Origin: a virus
Length of the DNA stretch: 50,361 bases
Strand: one strand, 5' to 3'
Virus record (IMG/VR): IMGVR_UViG_3300046823_000218
Coordinates: 1-50,361 of that record
Each line of letters opens with the position of its first letter. The first letter of the stretch is position 1. Shown piece by piece: positions 41,128 to 49,099 of this stretch. A model generated the notes under the pieces. The model was not told where the DNA came from. It did not search any database and saw only the letters and a list, made by a program, of their open reading frames with translations. Made by a program: the position numbers and the translations under genes.

Positions 41128-42691
41128 GAATGTTTCCTTCGGGTAAGATTATCGGGTCGACCTCCACGGCCTTGCGCCGGAACACGCTCATAATTCGTTG
41201 GTCCAGGGTGCCGGGGATGTAGAGGAAGGTGGCGAGCACGCTGTCCTGCTGTCCCAGCCGGTGGGCGCGGTCGATCGCCTGGCGGTTTTCACCGGGGACC
41301 CACGATGGCTCGACCATGACCACCTCGCTGGCAGCGGTCAGCGTGATCGCGGTGCCGGCGGCGAGGATTTGGCCGATGAGAACACGGACCAGAGGGTGGT
41401 TTTGGAACAAAAACGCATCGTCACTGCGTGCTGAGGCGGACGTAGCGCCGGTGATAATTACGGGCTTGAACTCGGCCAGCCGCTCGTGCAGCCGTCGCAG
41501 GACCTCGATGTGCCAGCCGAAGACCAGGATTTTCTGCATCCCGCAGGCCAGGCGCTCGATGATCCAATCGGCAGCGGGATCGGCCTTCAGCACGCCGAGT
41601 TCGCGCCGCAAGGTGGTGACAGCGCCGGGGCCTTCATCGTCGTGCGTACGCAGCGCGCGAACGAAGGCATCGTCATCGGCGGCCCGCGTGTGCTCCATCA
41701 GAGTGACACCGCGGCGCCAGATCACGGGGTCGACCTTGCGGATGGTCACGGCCGAGACCGGGAGGGGGATGTCCTGGGTGACCAGCGGCGGCAGCTCGGG
41801 CAGGACCATGGCCTTGGTCCGCCGCAGGACATAGGGTCCGACGCGTTCACGCAGCCAGGCTTGGTTCTTCGAGCGCACGATCTGGCGCCCGTAGATCGTG
41901 TCCCGATAGTCGGTGACCCGCTCCTGGAACTCGGCCTCGGTGAGGCTGCGCAGCGGCGGCTGCGCGGGACCGATGGTCGGGACCGCGGTCCTCTTACCCC
42001 TGGGGACCACGCCGGACGGGTAGGACCGCAGCGGCGCCCGCGGGACCAGCAGCGTGGTCGGCCACAGCGTGCGCAGGTGTTGAAAGAGTTCGCCGGCGTG
42101 GTTGGGGGTGATCGTGCCGGTCAGCAGCAACACCCGCTCGCACGCCGCCTGGATACCCTCGCCGGAGCCGCGTGCCCCATAGACCGCCAGGGTGCGGTTC
42201 GAGCGGTTCTTGAGATAGTGCGCCTCGTCGAGGATCAGCAGGTCCCAGCGGCGCTCGGCGAGTGCCTTGGTCCAGGCCGGACGGCTGCCGCTCCGGTCGG
42301 AGAGGGCGTCGTAAGAGATAAGGACGATGAGTTCGGGCCGGTCGAGGAGCGCGAAGCGATCCCGCAGCAAGGGCATGCCCGGCTCGATGATCAGGACGTG
42401 CCGGGACCATTGCGGGACCCAGCGTTCGATTTCCTGGGACCAGACGCGGCGAGCACCCGCCGGCGAGACCACCAGCATCCGGCGGACGTCAAGGTTCACG
42501 GCCGTGAGCAGCGCGGTTGCAGTTTTACCGAGACCCGGCTCATCGAGGATCGCCGCTGCGCGCGTGTCCGCCTCGTGTAGCTTAGAAGTCGCCCACACGG
42601 AGCCAGCCCGTTGGTAAGGCCGCAGGCTGCGTGAGAACAACAACTTGTCGACTGCGGAGGGGTGCGCACCGCGCGCGGCGGCCATAGACAT
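41096..42691 (-). CDS. SNF2-family helicase/ATPase
   Basis: Part of ORF 41096..42829. Start chosen at ATG 42691 (MSMAAARG...); the start is uncertain, with alternatives at 42685, 42766 and 42829. Motif I is DEPGLGKT, motif II is LLILDEAHYLKN, and the C-terminal helicase motif is QAIDRAHRLGQ. Confidence 0.85.
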   Translation of the reverse strand: MSMAAARGAHPSAVDKLLFSRSLRPYQRAGSVWATSKLHEADTRAAAILDEPGLGKTATALLTAVNLDVRRMLVVSPAGARRVWSQEIERWVPQWSRHVLIIEPGMPLLRDRFALLDRPELIVLISYDALSDRSGSRPAWTKALAERRWDLLILDEAHYLKNRSNRTLAVYGARGSGEGIQAACERVLLLTGTITPNHAGELFQHLRTLWPTTLLVPRAPLRSYPSGVVPRGKRTAVPTIGPAQPPLRSLTEAEFQERVTDYRDTIYGRQIVRSKNQAWLRERVGPYVLRRTKAMVLPELPPLVTQDIPLPVSAVTIRKVDPVIWRRGVTLMEHTRAADDDAFVRALRTHDDEGPGAVTTLRRELGVLKADPAADWIIERLACGMQKILVFGWHIEVLRRLHERLAEFKPVIITGATSASARSDDAFLFQNHPLVRVLIGQILAAGTAITLTAASEVVMVEPSWVPGENRQAIDRAHRLGQQDSVLATFLYIPGTLDQRIMSVFRRKAVEVDPIILPEGNIHAHARCSSAT

Positions 42692-42779
42692 GAAGGGGAT
42701 ATTCTTCACCGCGGAAAAGTTTGCTGTCAACAGAAAATCCACACAACACAACGCAACTTCTACCATCAATATGTTGTGG

Positions 42780-43265
42780 CTAGACAGGCTCCTGCGCACC
42801 AAACAAAGCCAACAGTGCGGCTTCGGCACGACCCTCGTCCTTCACGCGGCCGAACAGGTGCGCCTGGCGGGGAAACCAGTCGAGGGCGCGGCGGCGGCTT
42901 TCCTGCTTGTCCCGGCCAAGACGGAAAGACTTTTTCCACTCCACGGGGGTCACGTAGCAGCGGGGGACCTGGGCCATCGCCAGGACACCGCGGACCAGGC
43001 CCACGGCGATCCCGAACTTGAACATCGAGGTGACACCCTGCCCCGGACGGGCGCCGACCAGCTCGATCCAGGCGACATCGATGGGTGCCAGGCGCAGGAC
43101 CAGGTCGGCGATCCCGGCCTCGGAAAGCTCCCGCCGGTCCTTGCCGCCCTTGCGGAACGCGGTAACGGGCATGTCGGCGAGGTCGACGAGAGTATGCAGG
43201 TCCCGGGTGTCGATCAGCGCGAACGCCCCGCCGGCGCCAGGATCGACGCCCAGGACCCGCGACAC
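42780..43265 (-). CDS. RuvC-like Holliday-junction resolvase
   Basis: ORF track 161 aa (GTG start). Contains LGVDPGAGGAFALID, WIELVGARPGQG and DEGRAEAALLA (acidic catalytic residues in RuvC order). Confidence 0.8.
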   Translation of the reverse strand: MSRVLGVDPGAGGAFALIDTRDLHTLVDLADMPVTAFRKGGKDRRELSEAGIADLVLRLAPIDVAWIELVGARPGQGVTSMFKFGIAVGLVRGVLAMAQVPRCYVTPVEWKKSFRLGRDKQESRRRALDWFPRQAHLFGRVKDEGRAEAALLALFGAQEPV

Positions 43266-43268
43266 AGT

Positions 43269-43499
43269 TCAGTGCATCTCAAGTTGGTCGGTGAAGAATA
43301 TCAGCGGGTTGTGGCCTTCGCGGCTCAGCGCGTAGAGCACCGCGGGCAATATGCGCCCGGGTATCGCCGCCCGCTGCTGCCACATCTGCACGGTGGAGTA
43401 AGGGGTGCCATGGTCCGGGACATACCAGTCCAGCAGGTCCAGGAGCGCCTTAGGACCGCCGGCGGTTTCCATCAGGAAAGGGACATCCAGCTCGATCAT
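43269..43499 (-). CDS. Cro-like small HTH regulator (YdaS/Cro type)
   Basis: In-frame ATG 43499 of ORF 43269..43580 (alternative start ATG 43538). MIELDVPFLMETAGGPKALLDLL...STVQMWQQRAAIPGRILPAV fits the Cro/YdaS pattern. It is divergent from the cI-like gene. Confidence 0.65.
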   Translation of the reverse strand: MIELDVPFLMETAGGPKALLDLLDWYVPDHGTPYSTVQMWQQRAAIPGRILPAVLYALSREGHNPLIFFTDQLEMH

Positions 43500-43815
43500 T
43501 CTTTGAACGCAGTGTTGTGCCACGTTGTGCCGCCCCATAGAACAACACACACCGCGTTGTTGGCAAGCCCCGCGTGACATGTGGGTCAGAGAAGCTACGC
43601 CAGGCTGCGAACGTGTAACGACAGGTTGTTGTCATAGGCCAGGTGTAACTTACGGTTGCATTCGTAGCAGTCAACGTTACCCAAGCAGCTAGACAACAAA
43701 GTGTTGTGTTGCCTGGCATGTTAAGACGACACACGTGAGCAAACCAAAAGGTAGCGTTAACGTGGTGGTATTACTCACAAAATCGTCTTGCACCCGCGTC
43801 GAAAGGATCACAACA
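43500..43815. promoter_or_regulatory. Lysogeny-switch intergenic region with several repeat families
   Basis: It lies between the divergent Cro-like and cI-like genes. GTTGTGCC x2 at 43514-43521 and 43524-43531. GTGTAAC-N4-GGTTG x2 at 43613-43628 and 43643-43658, exactly 30 bp apart. Palindrome ACAACAaagTGTTGT at 43693-43707. CACAACA abuts the cI ATG at 43809-43815. Confidence 0.7.
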
Positions 43816-44397
43816 ATGGCGATGTTGGCTGTAACCAGAGCGGTCATGCGCCGCTCTCACAACAAGAAGTTGACTAGAACGAAGGGCTACAAAGTGCCGG
43901 CTACCACTCCTACCCCACCGCCTGCCATGACCTCGCCACCCCCACTGGCGCATCGGGTTGAACACCAGGAGTTCGCTGCAACACTGCGAGAACGGATGGA
44001 AACGCTTCGGCTGTCGGCCTCGGACCTGGCCCGCCGGGTCTGGGGCGAGATTAAAGACAGCCGCGGCTACATGGTCGCGCGCAACCGCGACCGGATCGGT
44101 CACTACCTGGCCGGTGTTAGTTTCCCCGACGAGGACAATTTGCGAAAGCTGTCTGAAGTTCTGGAAATCCCCTATGACAGACTGCTCACGATGAAGCCCG
44201 CGGGAGGCCCGGCGATGCCCTCGATCGGCAATAATAACGTTGGGCGTGGCACCGTGGACACTCAGCTCAGCATCCTGACCGGCGAGCCAGGGATGGCGGT
44301 CCTGCAACTGCGCCGGAAGATGCGGTTAGCTACCGCGTTGAAGATCATCGAGATGCTCAAGGACGATGATGAAAACCAAGCTGCTGACCCAGGCTGA
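43816..44397 (+). CDS. cI-like repressor (XRE-family HTH)
   Basis: In-frame ATG 43816, 8 nt after GAAAGGA, within ORF 43735..44397. The HTH is LRERMETLRLSASDLARRV...IGHYLAGVSFPDEDNLRKLSEVLEIPYDRLL. Confidence 0.8.
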   Translation: MAMLAVTRAVMRRSHNKKLTRTKGYKVPATTPTPPPAMTSPPPLAHRVEHQEFAATLRERMETLRLSASDLARRVWGEIKDSRGYMVARNRDRIGHYLAGVSFPDEDNLRKLSEVLEIPYDRLLTMKPAGGPAMPSIGNNNVGRGTVDTQLSILTGEPGMAVLQLRRKMRLATALKIIEMLKDDDENQAADPG

Positions 44398-44725
44398 GGT
44401 GGCAAGGATTTTACGCCGATCGGTTGCAACCGTCGCCCGTCTGCGCCGGTCCGGGGACCTTGAATGGCTGCCCGGGCGTCCCGTCATGATCCCAGATGAA
44501 AGTCTCCAAAGATGGCTGTCACAACGCATATCGCTCGCCGCCCTGCGCGCTCAGTCGCGGTCCTCAAGTCACAAAATCCTCTCGTCCGAACTGCGAAACT
44601 ACGTGCGAATAGCCGTGGCTCTTGGGAAATCCACTACTCGGAGCCAAAGGCCAACGGACCCGGCTGGCGCACCAAAGTCGTCTCCACCCGCACGAGGGAC
44701 TACACCGAGGCGCAGAGGTTCCTAG
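44366..44725 (+). CDS. Excisionase-like / MerR-type HTH protein. Only the first ~55 codons look protein-like; the tail overlaps int out of frame.
   Basis: ORF track 119 aa. MMKTKLLTQAEVARILRRSVATVARLRRSGDLEWLPGRPVMIPDESLQRWL matches the excisionase-family HTH pattern. The remainder is an S/R/P-rich shadow of the int frame. Confidence 0.55.
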   Translation: MMKTKLLTQAEVARILRRSVATVARLRRSGDLEWLPGRPVMIPDESLQRWLSQRISLAALRAQSRSSSHKILSSELRNYVRIAVALGKSTTRSQRPTDPAGAPKSSPPARGTTPRRRGS

Positions 44726-45612
44726 ACCAGTTCATCGAGCGGGCGCTCGAACTTGAGAACCCGAGTGTCGCGGCGGACCAGCTCACGGTCGAGGATGTGT
44801 GCCGCGAATATCTGCTCAGCCGGCCGCAGCAGGCACTGTCGTTGGCGCTGGTCCGTAAGCATTTGGGCCATGTGCGCATCGTCGACATCACGCCGACGCT
44901 TGTGGAGCGTTTCCGGCAGGCGTTCGGCGGCTACAAGAACAACACCCTGCGGAGAAGGCTGGGCGCCCTCAAGGCAGCGATCAACCTGGCCCGCAAGACG
45001 GGCAAGATAAACGTGCTGCCCTATATCGATCTGCCACGGCCGGGTGTCGGCCGGACCGTGTGGATGACGAAAGCCCAGCTCACAATGGTCTGGGACAAGG
45101 TGCAAGAGCTGGCCGAGAATAATCCGGGACCGGTGACGCATGCGCTCAAAGTGTTTGTGTATCTCGCCATGTTCGGTCCGCGGCGCGAGGCGATCCGTGA
45201 GTTGACCTGGGACCGGGTCGACTTCGAACACCGCACGCTCAACTTCAAGAACCCGGACCGCGAAGAAACCAAGAAACGCCGGCCGATCTGCCCGCTCAAC
45301 GACCAGAATGTGCGCCAGCTAAAAGAATGGTGGCTCGCAGCGGGCTGTCCCGTCAGCGGTAGAGTAATCGCTATCAGCGACGACACGCTCAAGAACCACT
45401 TCCGTGCGTTTATGGCGGACCTGGGGCTGCCGTGGGTTACGTCGCACGTGTTCAGGCACACGAAGGCGACGCACATGCTGATGGATGGCGAGACTATCCA
45501 CAACGTCGCCCTTTGGCTGGCAGACACGGTGGACACGATCGAGAAAACCTACTCACACGTCTTGTCGCAGGACCTCCGAGATGTCGCAGAACGGTGGAGG
45601 ATCGACGCGTGA
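44512..45612 (+). CDS. int: Tyrosine integrase
   Basis: ORF track 366 aa. A stop lies 12 nt upstream in frame, so ATG 44512 is the first possible start. Catalytic pattern: R (MFGPRREAIREL), HxxR (HVFRHT), Y (EKTYSHV). Confidence 0.9.
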   Translation: MAVTTHIARRPARSVAVLKSQNPLVRTAKLRANSRGSWEIHYSEPKANGPGWRTKVVSTRTRDYTEAQRFLDQFIERALELENPSVAADQLTVEDVCREYLLSRPQQALSLALVRKHLGHVRIVDITPTLVERFRQAFGGYKNNTLRRRLGALKAAINLARKTGKINVLPYIDLPRPGVGRTVWMTKAQLTMVWDKVQELAENNPGPVTHALKVFVYLAMFGPRREAIRELTWDRVDFEHRTLNFKNPDREETKKRRPICPLNDQNVRQLKEWWLAAGCPVSGRVIAISDDTLKNHFRAFMADLGLPWVTSHVFRHTKATHMLMDGETIHNVALWLADTVDTIEKTYSHVLSQDLRDVAERWRIDA

Positions 45613-46117
45613 AGCGGCTTCGCAAAGCAGCGTCGATAGTGGGCAGCATACTCGTGCTGCTCATCTTCGGGTTCTTGGTTTTCTACGGCAACGTGGGCTG
45701 GACGATCAGATGATCGACTTTGTGGTCCGGCTGCTTGAAACCGTCGCGGTGTTTTACCTCGGAGACGACAGGCCGGCGAGCTGTCACCCCCGCCGGCCTG
45801 TGTTTGGCTCCCGCTAAGCCACCCTCGCCGGTGACCGCCGCGCAGTTTGTGCAGGAGCACAAACCGTGAGGGTGGCGGCAGGACGCCTGTTGGACCCCGT
45901 CCACGGCGAAAGACGCCCAGACGCCGCGGGGCAAGGTCTGAAGCAGACATATCGCCGGTATGTCGACCGGGTGCAAGACCCCCAGGGGTTGGGGGTCTTG
46001 ACTGTTCTGTGAAGGCCCGCGCAGCCTCGTCCGGTCCTTGTCCTGCGCGACAACCTGACGACGACCGCCGCGCGACAAACGACGCACAGCGTTGGGCCGA
46101 TCAGGAGCAGGAGCGAA
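45613..46117. other. Structured 0.5-kb non-coding region downstream of int (attP candidate)
   Basis: No protein-like ORF. Hairpin 45768-45801 (11-bp stem ACAGGCCGGCG/CGCCGGCCTGT followed by GTTTGG). Nested inverted repeats GCCACCCTC (45818-45826) ... GTTTGTGC-agga-GCACAAAC (45845-45864) ... GAGGGTGGC (45868-45876). 10-bp stem CAAGACCCCC/GGGGGTCTTG at 45974-46000. Confidence 0.5.
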
Positions 46118-48499
46118 ATGAGCAGCGCATCCAGTGGCGGGGGAACTCTGTCCACGGCGAGGCCGATGAACAACCGGAGTTTTTTGCAGTTGGTGTTCGG
46201 GAAAGGATGGGGAAACGCGCATGTGTGCGCGGTCCCGGGAGACCCGAGGGCGACGAGCACGCCCCGGGAAAGCTGGGCCGGGGGGTGGGCTTCGGGCTGG
46301 CTCAGGCACCTGTCCCAGGACACGAACAATTACTACTGCGTGAGCATGTTCGTAGGGGACCGGCGCGTCGAGGAAGACTTCAAGGCGCTGTGGGTCCTGG
46401 CGGTCGACGATGTCGGCCCCAAGATCGACGCGGCGGCGGTCGAGGCGCTCCTGGGGGAGCCCACGTTTCGGATCGAGACCTCGCGGGATAATTTTCAGTG
46501 GGGGTATCGCCTCGAAGCGCCGATCGTGCACGTCGGCGTCGCCCGTGCCCTCGTGCACGCCGTCCGCGTGGCGCTGACGGGACCAGGGGGCCAGGACCCG
46601 GGCATGGAAGGCGTCACGAGGTATATGCGCCTGCCGGTGGGGCGGAATGGGAAGGGCGGGGCGGACTGGACGGTGCGGTCCGAGTGGACCGGCCGGGTGA
46701 TGACGGAGCAGGAGGTGGAAGGTCTAAGGGGGCGGCTCGGGGTGGCCGCCGATGATGATCCAAGCTGGTCCCAGGACAAGGCTGCGGTCCGGGGACCGGC
46801 GGGCACGGGGGACATCGACGAGGGCGACCCGTTTCTCAAAGCGTTCCGCGAACTGGGTCGGGTGCTCTCGCAGCCGCGGGACAGCATGGGCTGGGGCGTC
46901 GACGTGCGGTGTCCCTGGGACGAGGAGCACACGGACCGTGCGGACAGCGGGACGTTCTTCGCACCGGGCCGGGGCTTCAGGTGTCACCACGGGCACTGTG
47001 CCGGGCGTGGGCTGCCTGACCTGCGCGAGCGGCTGACGGAGTTGGTGATCGAGGACAGCGGTGGGCTGGTGACAACCCTGGCGCAGATCGATTTCGACGA
47101 TGTCGACCTGGCGGACCCGGTGCTTGGGCGGCTGATCCCGGTGGGCAACTCACCACGGTTCGCCGCGGATGTGGCGGGTGAGTTCGTCGAGCGGCACGTG
47201 CACGAGCTGCGGCAGGACCACACGAGCGACAACACGCTGGTCCGGGACCAGCGGAAGGGATGGAGGACCGATGTGACCGGGTCGGCCTTCGATTGGGCGC
47301 TGCGCGCCTGTAAACGCCGGTTTCAACAGCAGCAGAAAGAGGGAAGTATGGACAGGATTAGCGATGCAGTTTCGATCGAACGTGCAGCCCGGGCGATATT
47401 GAAGATTGCGAGGCACGACCCGCGCATTGCCACCACGATCCATGACTGGGACAACGATCCCGTCGCGATGTCCGCCGCGGGTGTGCACGTTGATCTGCGC
47501 ACCGGCTCGACGCGGCCGCTCGAACCGACCGACCTGATGCTTCGTCGTGCTTCAGTGCCGCCGGTGCGGATACCCACGCCCATCTGGGACAAGTTCATGT
47601 GGGAGACCTTCGACGGGGACACGGATTTAATTACGTTCGTGCACCAGTGGTTCGGATATTGCCTGTCCGGGGACACGTCCGCCGAGAAGCTGGCGTTCTT
47701 GCACGGGACCGGCGGCAACGGCAAAGGCGTCGTGATCCACACCGTCAGCGAAATCGCCGGTAGCTACGCGGTGATGTTGGGCAGCGATATGTTCATGCAG
47801 CGCAAGCACGAGGAACACCCCACGGAAATTGCACGGCTAGCGGGGGCGCGCATGGCGATCGGCAGTGAGATTTCAGACGGTGCGCGTTGGAACCTGCGCC
47901 GGCTGAAGGAGCTAACGGGGCACGAGGGGAACCTGCACGGCCGGTTCATGCGGCGGGATTTCTTCGAGTTCAAGCCGACCCATAAGCTCACGCTGGTCGG
48001 CAACCACAAGCCGGCGATCGGGCACGTGGACCCGGCCATCGCACGGCGCCTGCTGATGCTACCGTTCGAGCACATGCCGAAGAAGATGGACCCGTCCCTC
48101 AAGGACCGGCTGGTCCCGGAGTATCCCGGGATTTTATGGAAGCTGATCGAGGGCTGCGGCGAGGTCCTGGCGGCACTTGCCGATGGAGGTGCAGGCTTTG
48201 GGTCCCTGATCCCACAAGCTGTTGTGAAGGCATCACGGGAATATTTCGTCGAGGAGGACAACGTTGCGTTGTGGATGAGCGAGCAGTGTGAAGCCGGGAC
48301 CGGGTATTCAATGATGAGCAACGAGGCTCACACCAACTACGAAGCGTGGTGCGGGGACGAGGGGCTGCCGCCGGTTTCGCAACGGATGTTCAAGGATGCG
48401 GCTGTGCGCGCCGCCGAAATCGCTGGTATGTCAATTACTTGCAGGCGCACGAAGAAGGGTGTTGTGCTGGTGGGGGCACGGCTCAAGCCTGTGAACTGA
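46118..48499 (+). CDS. Primase-helicase: RepB'-type primase domain + Cys/His zinc motif + D5/P4-type SF3 helicase
   Basis: ORF track 793 aa with RBS GGAGCGAA. Contains LAVDDVG...RIETSRDNFQWGYRL...RYMRLPVGRNGK, CPWDEEHT...FRCHHGHC, Walker A HGTGGNGKG and Walker B-like ARMAIGSE. Confidence 0.88.
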   Translation: MSSASSGGGTLSTARPMNNRSFLQLVFGKGWGNAHVCAVPGDPRATSTPRESWAGGWASGWLRHLSQDTNNYYCVSMFVGDRRVEEDFKALWVLAVDDVGPKIDAAAVEALLGEPTFRIETSRDNFQWGYRLEAPIVHVGVARALVHAVRVALTGPGGQDPGMEGVTRYMRLPVGRNGKGGADWTVRSEWTGRVMTEQEVEGLRGRLGVAADDDPSWSQDKAAVRGPAGTGDIDEGDPFLKAFRELGRVLSQPRDSMGWGVDVRCPWDEEHTDRADSGTFFAPGRGFRCHHGHCAGRGLPDLRERLTELVIEDSGGLVTTLAQIDFDDVDLADPVLGRLIPVGNSPRFAADVAGEFVERHVHELRQDHTSDNTLVRDQRKGWRTDVTGSAFDWALRACKRRFQQQQKEGSMDRISDAVSIERAARAILKIARHDPRIATTIHDWDNDPVAMSAAGVHVDLRTGSTRPLEPTDLMLRRASVPPVRIPTPIWDKFMWETFDGDTDLITFVHQWFGYCLSGDTSAEKLAFLHGTGGNGKGVVIHTVSEIAGSYAVMLGSDMFMQRKHEEHPTEIARLAGARMAIGSEISDGARWNLRRLKELTGHEGNLHGRFMRRDFFEFKPTHKLTLVGNHKPAIGHVDPAIARRLLMLPFEHMPKKMDPSLKDRLVPEYPGILWKLIEGCGEVLAALADGGAGFGSLIPQAVVKASREYFVEEDNVALWMSEQCEAGTGYSMMSNEAHTNYEAWCGDEGLPPVSQRMFKDAAVRAAEIAGMSITCRRTKKGVVLVGARLKPVN

Positions 48500-48518
48500 C
48501 GTTACGATACAAAAATGA

Positions 48519-48652
48519 GGGTGTAGGGGTGTAGGGTAAACCCGGTAACCGCATATGTACATAGTGGGTGGTGCATAATATGTGTGTAGGGGGGTATATA
48601 TTTTCACCCTTGTGAGTATCGGGAGACCCTACACACCCTACACCCCTACACC
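48519..48652. promoter_or_regulatory. Putative replication origin: GTGTAGGG iterons (3 forward, 3 inverted) flanking AT-rich DNA
   Basis: Forward copies at 48521, 48529 and 48584. Inverted CCCTACAC copies at 48627, 48636 and 48644. AT-rich stretches catatgtacatag / cataatatgtgtg / tatatatttt lie between them. The region starts 20 nt after the primase-helicase stop. Confidence 0.65.
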
Positions 48653-48674
48653 AACCGACATTCTGTTGGGCAGC

Positions 48675-48762
48675 TTTCGCCGGTATGTTGAAGGGGTAGG
48701 GGGGCGGCGGATGAGGGCGCGCGCCGGACGATTTTCGCCGGTATGTCGATGGGGCAGGGGGG
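48675..48762 (+). repeat. Two 30-bp direct repeats, 58-bp period
   Basis: tttcgccggtatgttgaaggggtagggggg (48675-48704) and tttcgccggtatgtcgatggggcagggggg (48733-48762). Confidence 0.85.
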
Positions 48763-48804
48763 CGCGCGCCGGCTCGCCTTCGTACGGCGCCTCGCTTGCC
48801 GCAC

Positions 48805-48836
48805 GTCCGGACCGGACCGGGACCGGGACCGGGACC
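48805..48836. repeat. Five phased GGACC sites (5-6 bp period)
   Basis: gtccGGACCGGACCgGGACCgGGACCgGGACCagcc, in intergenic DNA between the origin-like region and gene 48883..49089. Confidence 0.85.
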
Positions 48837-48882
48837 AGCCGCGGCGGCTCAGCGTTGGGCCGGCGTGCCCGGCGCCCCCCTC

Positions 48883-49089
48883 CTATGGGCTCAGCGGGGA
48901 GGGGCGCTTGACCAGCTCGCGGAGCCAGTCGAGCATGCGCCGCGCCTCTGCGGCGGGAAGCGGCGCTTCGCCGGCGAACGCCTCGGCGACGTCGAGAAAA
49001 TCATCGATCCCCTTGCGCTCACGCGAGTTGGCGCTTTGCCAGGGATAGCGGTTCCATGGGTGGTTCGGGTCCGTCGTGGGCGTGGTCAT
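48883..49089 (-). CDS. Hypothetical protein (68 aa), last gene of the AAA+/vWA operon
   Basis: In-frame ATG 49089 of ORF 48883..49113, preceded by GGGAGG, 10 nt after the vWA gene stop. Sequence begins MTTPTTDPNHPWNRYPWQSANSRERKGIDDFLDVAEAF... Confidence 0.6.
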   Translation of the reverse strand: MTTPTTDPNHPWNRYPWQSANSRERKGIDDFLDVAEAFAGEAPLPAAEARRMLDWLRELVKRPSPLSP

Positions 49090-49099
49090 CCTTGCCTCC

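Noticed and set aside
45613-46117. tRNA gene or tRNA 3' fragment at the attP candidate (also checked 35787-35997 and 48500-48882).
   Set aside because: No cloverleaf-compatible arrangement or GTTCGAATC-type T-arm could be read. The hairpins have long perfect G/C stems unlike tRNA arms. This was a by-eye check only, so a tRNAscan run would be decisive.
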